From: Rhodoferax sp.
GTDB taxonomy: Bacteria; Pseudomonadota; Gammaproteobacteria; Burkholderiales; Burkholderiaceae_C
Direction of reading: 5' to 3'
DNA: 64,000 bases
NCBI GenBank assembly: GCA_044346035.1
Contig: JBIIZY010000001.1
Coordinates: 2,499-66,498, forward strand
The position numbers and the translations under genes were made by a program. Of the stretch, positions 1-9,388 are shown piece by piece. Within the stretch, counting starts at the first letter, position 1; every line of letters begins with the position of its first letter. The notes under the pieces were generated by a model. It made no database searches, was not told the origin of the DNA, and worked only from the letters and a program-made list of their open reading frames with translations.

Positions 1-1
1 A

Positions 2-361
2 GTCAATTACGGATCCAAACGCATCGTTGTCGGCGCGCACTACGGCTTGCGCGACTGGCTTGCTCAGCGGGTAACAGCCGTCCTGATGGCGCTGTTCACC
101 GTGGTGGTGCTGGCGCAGGTCATCTTCGCCAAAGGCCCCATCGGCTACGACCAATGGGCCGGCATTTTTGCGGCGCAGTGGATGAAAGTTTTGACGTTTA
201 CCGTCATCGTCGCCATGCTCTACCACGTGTGGGTGGGGGTGCGCGATATCTGGATGGACTATGTGAAATCGGCGGCCATTCGCCTTTGCTTGCAGGTCTT
301 TTCTATTGTGTGGCTGGTCGGCTGCGCTGGCTGGGCTATCCAGGTTCTGTGGCGTCTTTAA
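2..361 (+). CDS. sdhD: succinate dehydrogenase hydrophobic membrane anchor subunit SdhD, 5' end cut by window edge
   Basis: Frame is open from nt 2 (VNYGSKRIVVGAHYGLRDWLAQR...), so the TTG at 47 in the ORF track is not the real start. Hydrophobic helices. Directly precedes sdhA/sdhB. Confidence 0.85.
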   Translation, partial: VNYGSKRIVVGAHYGLRDWLAQRVTAVLMALFTVVVLAQVIFAKGPIGYDQWAGIFAAQWMKVLTFTVIVAMLYHVWVGVRDIWMDYVKSAAIRLCLQVFSIVWLVGCAGWAIQVLWRL

Positions 362-397
362 GCGCCCAACACACCCCACCCTCATAGGCTCCAATTC

Positions 398-2188
398 ATG
401 TCTTATTCCGTATCCAAGCGTAAATTTGATGTCGTCATCGTCGGTGCCGGTGGCTCTGGCATGCGCGCCTCGCTGCAACTGGCCCGCGCTGGCCTCAACG
501 TCGCGGTGTTGTCCAAAGTGTTCCCAACGCGCTCGCACACCGTGGCTGCACAGGGTGGCATTGGCGCCTCCCTGGGCAATATGAACGACGACAACTGGCA
601 CTACCATTTCTACGACACCGTCAAAGGCTCTGACTGGCTGGGCGACCAAGACGCCATCGAGTTCATGTGCCGCGAAGCACCCAAAGTGGTGTACGACCTA
701 GAACACATGGGTATGCCGTTTGACCGCAACCCCGACGGCACCATCTACCAGCGGCCCTTTGGCGGGCACACCGCCAACTACGGCGAGAAAGCTGTCGAGC
801 GGGCCTGCGCTGCAGCCGACCGCACCGGCCACGCCATGCTGCACACGCTCTACCAGCAAAACGTGGCGGCCAAAACCAGCTTCTTCGTGGAGTGGATGGC
901 GCTGGACCTCATACGCGACGCAGACGGCGACGTGGTGGGCGTTACGGCCTTGGAGATGGAAACCGGCGACCTGCATGTGCTGCAAGCCAAAACCACCTTG
1001 CTGGCTACGGGCGGCGCGGGACGCATCTATGCGGCCTCGACCAATGCGTTCATCAACACCGGCGACGGCTTGGGCATGGCAGCGCGGGCCGGCATTCCGC
1101 TGGAAGACATGGAGTTTTGGCAGTTTCACCCGACCGGTGTGCACGGTGCTGGCGTGTTGCTAACCGAAGGCTGCCGTGGTGAAGGCGCGGTCTTGCTCAA
1201 CAGCAACGGCGAGCGTTTCATGGAGCGCTACGCGCCCACCCTGAAAGACCTGGCGCCGCGCGACTTTGTATCGCGTTCCATGGACCAAGAAATCAAGGAA
1301 GGCCGTGGCTGCGGCCCCAACAAGGACCACGTGCTGCTCAAGCTGGACCACCTGGGCGTGGAAACCATCATGAAACGCCTGCCGTCGGTGTACGAGATTG
1401 GGCACAACTTTGCCAACGTCGACATCACCCGCGAACCGATTCCCGTGGTGCCCACCATCCACTACCAAATGGGCGGCATCCCCACCAACATCAACGGCCA
1501 GGTGGTCATTCAGAACGGCGATGTACACAACCAAGTCGTCAACGGCCTCTACGCCGTAGGCGAGTGCTCTTGCGTGAGCGTGCACGGCGCCAACCGCCTG
1601 GGAACCAATTCGCTCTTGGACCTGCTGGTGTTTGGTCGCGCCGCTGGCAACCACATCGTGCAGTTCAACAACAAGAACAAAGAGCACAAACCCCTGCCCA
1701 AAGACGCCACCGACCGCACCATGGCGCGCTTGGCCCGGCTCGATAACGCCAACAGCGGTGAGTACGCCCAAGACGTGGCCAACGACATCCGCGCCTCCAT
1801 GCAGCAGCACGCCGGTGTGTTCCGCACCCAAAAGAGCATGGACGAAGGTGTGGTCAAAATCGCCGCGCTGCGCGAACGCGTCAATGCCATCAACCTCAAA
1901 GACAAGTCCAAGGTGTTCAACACCGCGCGCATCGAGGCGCTGGAAGTGGACAACCTGATCGAAGCGGCCCAGGCCACCATCGTGTCGGCTGCGGCGCGCC
2001 ACGAGAGCCGTGGTGCCCACACGGTGGACGATTACCCCGACAGCCCCGAGTTCCCCAATGGCCGCAACGACGCACAGTGGCACAAGCACACCCTGTGGTA
2101 CAGCGAGGGCAACCGCCTGAGCTACAAGCCGGTGCAGATGAAGCCTTTGACGGTGGACTCCGTGCCGCTCAAAGTCCGTACCTTCTAA
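398..2188 (+). CDS. sdhA: succinate dehydrogenase flavoprotein subunit
   Basis: 596 aa. FAD fold DVVIVGAGGSGMRA, covalent-FAD His region RSHTVAAQGG, HPTG and ANRLGTNSL motifs of the SdhA/FrdA family. Confidence 0.97.
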   Translation: MSYSVSKRKFDVVIVGAGGSGMRASLQLARAGLNVAVLSKVFPTRSHTVAAQGGIGASLGNMNDDNWHYHFYDTVKGSDWLGDQDAIEFMCREAPKVVYDLEHMGMPFDRNPDGTIYQRPFGGHTANYGEKAVERACAAADRTGHAMLHTLYQQNVAAKTSFFVEWMALDLIRDADGDVVGVTALEMETGDLHVLQAKTTLLATGGAGRIYAASTNAFINTGDGLGMAARAGIPLEDMEFWQFHPTGVHGAGVLLTEGCRGEGAVLLNSNGERFMERYAPTLKDLAPRDFVSRSMDQEIKEGRGCGPNKDHVLLKLDHLGVETIMKRLPSVYEIGHNFANVDITREPIPVVPTIHYQMGGIPTNINGQVVIQNGDVHNQVVNGLYAVGECSCVSVHGANRLGTNSLLDLLVFGRAAGNHIVQFNNKNKEHKPLPKDATDRTMARLARLDNANSGEYAQDVANDIRASMQQHAGVFRTQKSMDEGVVKIAALRERVNAINLKDKSKVFNTARIEALEVDNLIEAAQATIVSAAARHESRGAHTVDDYPDSPEFPNGRNDAQWHKHTLWYSEGNRLSYKPVQMKPLTVDSVPLKVRTF

Positions 2189-2203
2189 AGCGAGAGACCG
2201 AAC

Positions 2204-2908
2204 ATGACACAACGCACTTTCTCCATCTACCGCTACGACCCGGACAAGGACAGCAAGCCCTACATGCAAGACATCACCGTCGAGCTCGACGGCTCGGAAC
2301 GCATGCTGCTGGACGCGCTGATGAAGCTCAAGGCCATTGACCCCACCATCTCTTTTCGGCGCTCCTGCCGCGAAGGCGTGTGCGGTTCGGACGCGATGAA
2401 CATCAACGGCAAAAACGGCCTGGCCTGCTTGACCAATATGCTCACGCTACCCGGCAAGATTGTTCTCAAACCGCTGCCCGGCCTGCCCGTGATCCGCGAC
2501 CTGATCGTCGACATGACGCAGTTCTTCAAGCAGTACAACTCCATCAAGCCCTACCTCATTAACGACACGGTGCCGCCCGAGAAAGAGCGTCTGCAAAGCC
2601 CGCAGGAGCGCGAAGAACTCAACGGCCTGTACGAGTGCATTTTGTGTGCGAGCTGCTCCACCAGCTGCCCGAGTTTTTGGTGGAATCCGGACAAGTTTGT
2701 CGGCCCTGCGGGTTTGTTGCAGGCCTACCGCTTCATCGCCGACAGCCGCGACCAAGCCACCTCCGAGCGCCTCGACAACTTGGAAGACCCCTACCGGCTG
2801 TTCCGTTGCCACACCATCATGAACTGCGTCGATGTCTGCCCCAAGGGGCTCAACCCCACCAAGGCGATTGGCAAGATCAAGGAAATGATGGTTCTGCGCG
2901 CCGTTTGA
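2204..2908 (+). CDS. sdhB: succinate dehydrogenase iron-sulfur subunit
   Basis: 234 aa. Three Cys clusters (CREGVCGSDAMNING, CILCASCSTSCP, CHTIMNCVDVCP). Confidence 0.97.
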   Translation: MTQRTFSIYRYDPDKDSKPYMQDITVELDGSERMLLDALMKLKAIDPTISFRRSCREGVCGSDAMNINGKNGLACLTNMLTLPGKIVLKPLPGLPVIRDLIVDMTQFFKQYNSIKPYLINDTVPPEKERLQSPQEREELNGLYECILCASCSTSCPSFWWNPDKFVGPAGLLQAYRFIADSRDQATSERLDNLEDPYRLFRCHTIMNCVDVCPKGLNPTKAIGKIKEMMVLRAV

Positions 2909-2927
2909 ACCACCAGCAGGAACCCCT

Positions 2928-3206
2928 GTGACCGATGCGCTGGTCAGCGAACGAGCCTTAAGCAAACTGCGGTGGCGCTGCCGGCGCGGGCTGCTAGAGA
3001 ACGACTTGTTTATCGAGCGTTTCTTCAACCGCTTTGGTGCGCGTTTGACCACCACACAGGCCGACGCGCTACAGGCACTGATGGAGCTTGGTGACAACGA
3101 CTTGCTGGACCTGCACCTGGGACGCAAGCCGGTCGGTCAGGTCGATGCAAGTCTGGATCGCGAAGATGTGCGCGAAGTTTTGGCAATGTTGAGAGAACCT
3201 CTTTGA
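2928..3206 (+). CDS. sdhE: FAD assembly factor SdhE (YgfY/DUF339 family)
   Basis: 92 aa, GTG start. [19 protein letters not shown] contains the RGxxE motif region typical of SdhE. Located between sdhB and gltA. Confidence 0.8.
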   Translation: MTDALVSERALSKLRWRCRRGLLENDLFIERFFNRFGARLTTTQADALQALMELGDNDLLDLHLGRKPVGQVDASLDREDVREVLAMLREPL

Positions 3207-3217
3207 AAGGCAAGAAA

Positions 3218-4528
3218 ATGAAACTGGCGGATAACAAGGCTACTCTTTCGTTCAGCAACGGCACCCCCAGCGTGGACTTGCCGGTGTACCAAGGCAGCGT
3301 CGGGCCCGAGGTCCTCGACATCCGAAAGCTGTACGCGCAAACCGGCATGTTCACCTACGACCCGGGCTTTTTGTCGACCGCCTCGTGCCAATCGGCAATC
3401 ACCTACATCGATGGCGACAAAGGTGAACTGCTGTACCGCGGCTACCCCATCGAGCAGTTGGCTACGCAATGCGACTTCATGGAAACCTGCCACCTGCTGC
3501 TGTACGGCAACCTGCCCGATGCTGCGGGCAAAGCAGACTTCACCAAGCGCGTGACCAACCACACCATGGTCAACGAGCAGATGCAGTTTTTCTTGCGTGG
3601 GTTTCGGCGCGATGCGCACCCTATGGCAATCATGACCGGCTTGGTAGGCGCGCTGTCGGCGTTCTACCACGACAGCACCGACATCAACAACCCGGAGCAC
3701 CGCGAGATTTCCGCCATCCGCCTGATAGCCAAGATGCCCACCTTGGTGGCCATGGCCTACAAGTACAGCGCTGGCCAGCCGTATATGTACCCCAAGAACT
3801 CCTTGAGCTACTCGGGTAACTTTTTGCGCATGATGTTCGCCACCCCGTGCGAGGATTACCACGTCAACCCGGTGATCGAGCGCGCCTTGGACCGCATCTT
3901 CATCTTGCATGCCGACCACGAGCAAAACGCGTCCACCTCCACGGTGCGGCTGTGTGGATCGTCGGGCACCAACCCGTTTGCGGCCATCGCCGCCGGTGTC
4001 GCCTGTCTGTGGGGCCCGGCGCACGGCGGTGCCAACGAGGCCTGCCTGAACATGCTCGAAGACATCCAGCGCATGGGCGGCATCGGCAAAGTGGGTGAGT
4101 TCATGAACCAAGTGAAGGACAAGAACTCGCACGTCAAGCTGATGGGCTTTGGCCACCGCGTCTACAAAAACTACGACCCCCGCGCCAAGCTGATGCAAGA
4201 GACCTGCAAAGAGGTGCTGGCAGCCCTGGGCCTGGAAAACGACCCGCTGTTCAAGCTGGCCATGGCGCTAGAAAAAATCGCGCTCGAAGACGACTACTTT
4301 GTTCAGCGCAAGCTCTACCCCAACGTGGACTTCTACTCCGGCATCGTCCAGCGCGCCATCGGCATCCCGGTGAGCCTGTTCACCGCCATCTTTGCATTGG
4401 CACGCACCGTAGGCTGGATTGCCCAGCTCAACGAGATGATTGGTGACCCCGAGTACAAAATCGGCCGCCCACGCCAGCTGTTCACCGGCTCGGTTAAGCG
4501 CGACGTACTGCCCATCGCACAACGCTAA
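3218..4528 (+). CDS. gltA: type II citrate synthase
   Basis: [10 protein letters not shown] and [14 protein letters not shown] signatures. The track start 3203 is a TTG overlapping the sdhE stop; ATG 3218 has AAAGG about 9 nt upstream. Confidence 0.95.
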   Translation: MKLADNKATLSFSNGTPSVDLPVYQGSVGPEVLDIRKLYAQTGMFTYDPGFLSTASCQSAITYIDGDKGELLYRGYPIEQLATQCDFMETCHLLLYGNLPDAAGKADFTKRVTNHTMVNEQMQFFLRGFRRDAHPMAIMTGLVGALSAFYHDSTDINNPEHREISAIRLIAKMPTLVAMAYKYSAGQPYMYPKNSLSYSGNFLRMMFATPCEDYHVNPVIERALDRIFILHADHEQNASTSTVRLCGSSGTNPFAAIAAGVACLWGPAHGGANEACLNMLEDIQRMGGIGKVGEFMNQVKDKNSHVKLMGFGHRVYKNYDPRAKLMQETCKEVLAALGLENDPLFKLAMALEKIALEDDYFVQRKLYPNVDFYSGIVQRAIGIPVSLFTAIFALARTVGWIAQLNEMIGDPEYKIGRPRQLFTGSVKRDVLPIAQR

Positions 4529-4556
4529 AGCACGACGCTAAAGCACGACGCTAAAC
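4523..4556. repeat. 13-bp tandem direct repeat (CGCTAAAGCACGA x2 plus partial third copy) spanning the gltA stop codon
   Basis: Read directly: cgctaaagcacga cgctaaagcacga cgctaaac. The first copy contains the gltA TAA. Confidence 0.9.
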
Positions 4557-4570
4557 CGGCCCCTCGTACC

Positions 4571-4604
4571 AACCCGCCGCGCGCCAGCCGGCGGGTTGTT
4601 TTTT
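4571..4604 (+). terminator. rho-independent terminator after gltA
   Basis: AACCCGCCG-loop-CGGCGGGTT stem followed by GTTTTTT. Confidence 0.75.
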
Positions 4605-4650
4605 GGGCGCATAAAATCGCAGACCGCCCAAACACAACCGGACACACAGC

Positions 4651-6117
4651 ATGGATGCAAACACACGGGGCCGCACCCTGTACGACAAGCTCTGGGACGA
4701 CCACGTTGTCCACACTGAGGATGACGGAACCGCGGTTTTGTACATCGACCGCCACCTGGTGCACGAGGTCACCAGCCCCCAAGCCTTCGAGGGCTTGCGG
4801 GTTGCGGGGCGCAAGGTCTGGCGGACCAGCTCCATCGTTGCCACCGCCGACCACAACACCCCCACCACCGGCTGGGAGCGCGGCTATGACGGCATCACCG
4901 ACCCCACCAGCAAAGAACAGGTCATCACGCTAGACGCCAACATCCGCGAATTCGGCTCGGCGGCGTACTTTCCCTTTTTGTCCAAGCGCCAAGGTATCGT
5001 GCACGTGATCGGGCCTGAGAACGGTGCCACCCTGCCGGGCATGACCGTGGTGTGCGGTGACTCCCACACCTCCACCCACGGCGCGTTTGGGGCATTGGCC
5101 CACGGCATTGGCACCAGCGAGGTGGAGCACGTTCTGGCCACCCAAACCTTGCTAGCCAAAAAGGCAAAGAACATGTTGATCCGGGTGGAGGGCACGCTGC
5201 AAAAGGGCTGCTCGGCCAAAGACATCGTGCTGGCCATCATCGGCAAGATTGGCACCGCAGGCGGCACCGGTTACACGATTGAGTTTGGCGGCTCGGCCAT
5301 CCGAGCTTTGAGCATGGAAGGCCGCATGACGGTGTGCAACATGGCCATCGAAGCGGGCGCGCGCGCTGGCTTGGTGGCGGTGGATGAAAAAACCATCGAC
5401 TACATCAAAGGCCGCCCCCTCGCACCTGGCCACGCCGCAGCCCCAAGCAGCGCGCCTGCCGACGTGGAATGGGAGCAAGCCGTAGCCCACTGGCGCACCT
5501 TGTTTTCGGACCCGGACGCCCATTTCGATGCAGTGGTCGACCTGCACGCCGAGCAAATTACCCCGCAAGTGACCTGGGGCACCTCGCCCGAGATGGTGCT
5601 GGGCATCGACGATTGCGTGCCCGACCCCGACAAAGAGCGCGACCCCAACAAGCGCGGTGCGATTGAGCGCGCCCTGACCTACATGGGCTTGCAACCGGGC
5701 AAAGCCTTGAACGACATTTTTGTGGACAAGGTGTTCATTGGCTCCTGCACCAATAGCCGCATCGAAGACATGCGCGAGGCTGCGGCGGTGGTCAAGACAC
5801 TGGGCCAACGTGTCGCAAAAAACATCAAGCTCGCCCTGGTGGTGCCGGGCTCGGGCTTGGTCAAAGAGCAGGCCGAGCGCGAGGGTTTGCACGAAATTTT
5901 CAAGGCGGCAGGCTTTGAGTGGCGCGAGCCGGGCTGCTCCATGTGCCTGGCCATGAACGCCGACCGACTAGAACCCGGTGAGCGCTGTGCATCGACCAGC
6001 AACCGCAACTTCGAAGGCCGCCAAGGCGCAGGTGGCCGCACGCACCTGGTAAGCCCCGCCATGGCCGCCGCCGCCGCAGTCCATGGCCATTTTGTCGACG
6101 TGCGCAAGTTCAGGTAG
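4651..6117 (+). CDS. leuC: 3-isopropylmalate dehydratase large subunit
   Basis: Aconitase-family sequence ([14 protein letters not shown]; Fe-S ligand regions GSCTNSR and CSMCLAMN). Followed by leuD. Confidence 0.95.
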   Translation: MDANTRGRTLYDKLWDDHVVHTEDDGTAVLYIDRHLVHEVTSPQAFEGLRVAGRKVWRTSSIVATADHNTPTTGWERGYDGITDPTSKEQVITLDANIREFGSAAYFPFLSKRQGIVHVIGPENGATLPGMTVVCGDSHTSTHGAFGALAHGIGTSEVEHVLATQTLLAKKAKNMLIRVEGTLQKGCSAKDIVLAIIGKIGTAGGTGYTIEFGGSAIRALSMEGRMTVCNMAIEAGARAGLVAVDEKTIDYIKGRPLAPGHAAAPSSAPADVEWEQAVAHWRTLFSDPDAHFDAVVDLHAEQITPQVTWGTSPEMVLGIDDCVPDPDKERDPNKRGAIERALTYMGLQPGKALNDIFVDKVFIGSCTNSRIEDMREAAAVVKTLGQRVAKNIKLALVVPGSGLVKEQAEREGLHEIFKAAGFEWREPGCSMCLAMNADRLEPGERCASTSNRNFEGRQGAGGRTHLVSPAMAAAAAVHGHFVDVRKFR

Positions 6118-6125
6118 GCCCGGCT

Positions 6126-6776
6126 ATGAAACCCTTTACCCAACACACTGGCATCGTGGCCCCCATGGACCGCGAGAACGTCGACACCGACGCCATCATT
6201 CCCAAGCAATTTCTCAAGTCCATTCGCAAGACGGGGTTTGGTGAGAACCTGTTTGACGAATGGCGCTACCTCGATGCAGGCTACCCCGGACAAGACCCCA
6301 GCAGCCGGCGCCCCAACCCTGACTTTGTGCTCAACCAGCCGCGCTACCAAGGCGCCTCGGTGCTGCTGGCACGCAAGAACTTCGGTTGTGGCTCCTCGCG
6401 AGAACACGCACCCTGGGCGCTGGACCAGTACGGCTTTCGCGCCATCATTGCCCCGAGCTACGCTGACATTTTTTTCAACAACAGCTTCAAGAACGGCTTG
6501 CTGCCCATCGTGCTGAGCGAAGCGCAGGTGGACCAGTTGTTCAATGAGGCGCTGGCGTTCGTGGGCTACCAGCTCACTATCGACTTGGAGCGGCAAGTCA
6601 TCATCAAGCCGAATGGCGACGCAATGCCTTTTGAGGTGCAGGCGTTTCGCAAATACTGCCTGATTAACGGGTTTGACGACATTGGACTGACGCTGCGGCA
6701 CGCCGAAAAAATCAGGGCGTTCGAGTCGCAACGCCTGGCCCAAAAGCCTTGGCTAGCCCGCACCTTGCGTACCTGA
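6126..6776 (+). CDS. leuD: 3-isopropylmalate dehydratase small subunit
   Basis: 216 aa. [18 protein letters not shown] signature. Confidence 0.95.
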   Translation: MKPFTQHTGIVAPMDRENVDTDAIIPKQFLKSIRKTGFGENLFDEWRYLDAGYPGQDPSSRRPNPDFVLNQPRYQGASVLLARKNFGCGSSREHAPWALDQYGFRAIIAPSYADIFFNNSFKNGLLPIVLSEAQVDQLFNEALAFVGYQLTIDLERQVIIKPNGDAMPFEVQAFRKYCLINGFDDIGLTLRHAEKIRAFESQRLAQKPWLARTLRT

Positions 6777-6814
6777 GGCAAAGAACTCCACCCCACCACA
6801 CACAACAGCCCATT

Positions 6815-7882
6815 ATGAAAATCGCAGTACTCCCTGGTGACGGCATCGGAACCGAAATCGTGGCCGAGGCCGTCAAGGTGCTCAAGGCCTTGTCCTTGCC
6901 ACTGGAGATGGAGACCGCGCTGGTTGGTGGTGCCGCCTACGAAGCGCACGGCCACCCCTTGCCGCCCTCCACCCTGGCGCTGGCGAAGGAAGCGGATGCA
7001 GTTTTGTTCGGCGCAGTCGGCGACTGGAAGTACGACGGCTTGGAGCGATCCTTGCGGCCCGAGCAAGCCATTTTGGGCTTGCGCAAAAACCTCGGCCTGT
7101 TTGCCAACTTCCGCCCGGCCATTTGCTACCCGCAACTGGTGTCGGCCTCCAGCCTCAAGCCGGAGTTGGTTGCCGGGCTGGACATTCTCATCATCCGCGA
7201 GCTAACCGGCGACATTTACTTCGGTCAGCCGCGCGGCAGGCGCACTGCGGTCGATGGGCACTTCCCTGGCGCCGAGGAGGCGTTTGACACCATGCGCTAC
7301 AGCCGCCCGGAGATTGAGCGCATTGCCCATGTCGCGTTTACCGCCGCCCGCAAGCGCAACAAAAAAGTTACCAGCGTCGACAAAGCCAATGTGCTGGAAA
7401 CCTTCCAGTTCTGGAAAGACGTGGTGTCCGAGGTTGGCCAGCAGTACCCCGATGTGGAGTTGCAACACATGTACGTGGACAACGCTGCCATGCAACTGGT
7501 CAAGGCACCCAAGGCGTTTGACGTGGTGGTGACTGGCAACATGTTTGGCGACATCTTGTCCGACGAGGCTTCGATGCTGACTGGCTCCATCGGCATGCTG
7601 CCCTCGGCCAGCCTGAACGCCAGCAACCAAGGGCTGTACGAGCCCAGCCACGGCAGCGCACCCGATATCGCGGGCAAGGGCATCGCCAACCCGCTGGCGA
7701 CGATTCTGAGCGCGGCGATGATGCTGCGCTTCAGCCTGAACCAAGAAGCGGCCGCGCTGCGCATCGAAGCGGCGGTGGCGCGGGTGCTCGATCAAGGCTT
7801 GCGTACCGCCGACATCTACAGCGCGGGCTGCACCCGCGTGTCGACGGCGCAAATGGGCGACGCGGTTGTCAAGGCCCTGTAA
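6815..7882 (+). CDS. leuB: 3-isopropylmalate dehydrogenase
   Basis: [16 protein letters not shown]-terminus and [25 protein letters not shown] signature. ATG 6815 preferred over track start 6749, which overlaps leuD. Confidence 0.95.
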   Translation: MKIAVLPGDGIGTEIVAEAVKVLKALSLPLEMETALVGGAAYEAHGHPLPPSTLALAKEADAVLFGAVGDWKYDGLERSLRPEQAILGLRKNLGLFANFRPAICYPQLVSASSLKPELVAGLDILIIRELTGDIYFGQPRGRRTAVDGHFPGAEEAFDTMRYSRPEIERIAHVAFTAARKRNKKVTSVDKANVLETFQFWKDVVSEVGQQYPDVELQHMYVDNAAMQLVKAPKAFDVVVTGNMFGDILSDEASMLTGSIGMLPSASLNASNQGLYEPSHGSAPDIAGKGIANPLATILSAAMMLRFSLNQEAAALRIEAAVARVLDQGLRTADIYSAGCTRVSTAQMGDAVVKAL

Positions 7883-8106
7883 TCTTGCCGCTTAGAATCG
7901 CCCGCATGCAATCAGCCGTCCCAGCCACCCAAGCCCGTTGCGCACCAGCGGCTGCAGTTGCGCTCGGACCTGTGTTGGCAGCGTCCATCGCTACCTTCAA
8001 AAAAACCACCATTACCGGCTGACGCAGCCTGGTTCGTCGCGCCCACCCGGCAGACGAGCCGGGCAGATTCAAATCGTATCGATCAAACATCTGAAAGGGC
8101 AATGCA

Positions 8107-9243
8107 ATGAAAGTAGGCAATCGTGTAGGTTTGGTGGGCTGGCGCGGCATGGTCGGCTCGGTACTGATGGACCGAATGCAAGAAGAAGGCGACTTCGCGC
8201 TCATCGAGCCCGTGTTCTTCTCCACCTCTGATGCCGGTGGCAAGGCCCCGGCAATGGCCAAAAACGAAACCAAGCTGCACGACGCCTTTGATGTCAACGC
8301 CCTGCGCAGTTGCGACATCATCATCAGCGCCCAAGGCGGCGACTACACCACCGAAGTCTTCCCTAAGCTGCGCTCGTCGGGCTGGTCGGGCCACTGGATC
8401 GACGCCGCATCGACCCTGCGTATGCAGAACGACGCCATCATCATCCTCGACCCGGTGAACCTGCCCGTCATCCAAAACGCCTTGTCCAAGGGCGGCAAAA
8501 ACTGGGTGGGCGGAAACTGCACCGTGAGCTGCATGCTCATGGGTGTGGGCGCACTCTACAAAGCAGGCTTGGTGGAATGGATGAGCACCCAGACCTACCA
8601 GGCCGCCTCGGGAGGCGGCGCGCAACACATGCGCGAACTGTTGACCCAGTACGGCAGCCTGTACGGCGAAGTGCAAGCCATGCTGGCCGACCCCAAAAGT
8701 GCCATATTAGAGATCGACCGCAAAGTAATCGCCAAGCAACGCAGCTTGGGCTCCGCTGAGACCGCCCAGTTTGGCGTGCCCCTGGGTGGCTCGCTGATAC
8801 CCTGGATCGACAAAGATTTGGGTAACGGCATGTCCAAGGAAGAGTGGAAGGGCATGGCCGAGGCCAACAAAATCCTGGGCCAAGGGCCTGCGTTTGGCCG
8901 GCCTGAAACGCCAGTGGACGGTTTCTGCGTTCGGGTGGGCGCCATGCGCTGCCACAGCCAAGCGCTGACATTCAAGCTCAAGCAAGACGTACCCTTGGCC
9001 GATATTGAGGCCATGATCGCCGCCGACAACGCGTGGGTCCGCGTCGTGCCCAATACCCGCGAGGCCACCTTGCGCGAACTCACGCCAGTGGCCGTGACGG
9101 GGACGATGACCATTCCCGTGGGCCGCATCCGCAAGCTGGCGATGGGACCGGAGTACCTTGGCGCGTTTACCATCGGTGATCAGTTGCTGTGGGGCGCAGC
9201 AGAACCCTTGCGCCGCATGCTGAGAATTTTGCTGGAGTCCTAA
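8107..9243 (+). CDS. asd: aspartate-semialdehyde dehydrogenase
   Basis: [15 protein letters not shown]-terminus and active-site GGNCTVS. Confidence 0.95.
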   Translation: MKVGNRVGLVGWRGMVGSVLMDRMQEEGDFALIEPVFFSTSDAGGKAPAMAKNETKLHDAFDVNALRSCDIIISAQGGDYTTEVFPKLRSSGWSGHWIDAASTLRMQNDAIIILDPVNLPVIQNALSKGGKNWVGGNCTVSCMLMGVGALYKAGLVEWMSTQTYQAASGGGAQHMRELLTQYGSLYGEVQAMLADPKSAILEIDRKVIAKQRSLGSAETAQFGVPLGGSLIPWIDKDLGNGMSKEEWKGMAEANKILGQGPAFGRPETPVDGFCVRVGAMRCHSQALTFKLKQDVPLADIEAMIAADNAWVRVVPNTREATLRELTPVAVTGTMTIPVGRIRKLAMGPEYLGAFTIGDQLLWGAAEPLRRMLRILLES

Positions 9244-9388
9244 GCGCCACTACCGGTACTGCGCGCACTTACCGCAGCACCCGGTGCTTGGCTTGTGGGC
9301 ACTGGGCAATGGTGTTATGGTGTTTTTTTTGTTTTTGCGTCAGTGCCGGGTGTGCGACCAACAGGCGACCTGCTGACCACCGGAGGCT

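Noticed and set aside
1160-2269. 369-aa ORF antisense to sdhA. Similar long antisense or out-of-frame ORFs occur at 3137..4198, 5679..6743, 15350..16855, 18530..19522, 21859..23163, 41936..42856, 43761..44660, 51794..52570 and 57563..59095.
   Set aside because: Each lies opposite or out of frame to a gene with unmistakable family motifs. Their products are Arg/Ala/Gly/His-rich with no recognisable domains, which is the usual stop-codon-poor artefact of GC-rich DNA.
7906-8022. 38-codon ORF (MQSAVPATQARCAPAAAVALGPVLAASIATFKKTTITG) in the leuB-asd spacer
   Set aside because: No RBS, no lipobox or clear signal peptide, and no family resemblance. Too weak to call.
9300-9340. T-rich run (GGTGTTTTTTTTGTTTTTGCG) after asd as a terminator
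   Set aside because: No convincing GC-rich stem precedes it; AGCACC-C-GGTGCT has a 1-nt loop. It may simply be part of the fimV promoter region.
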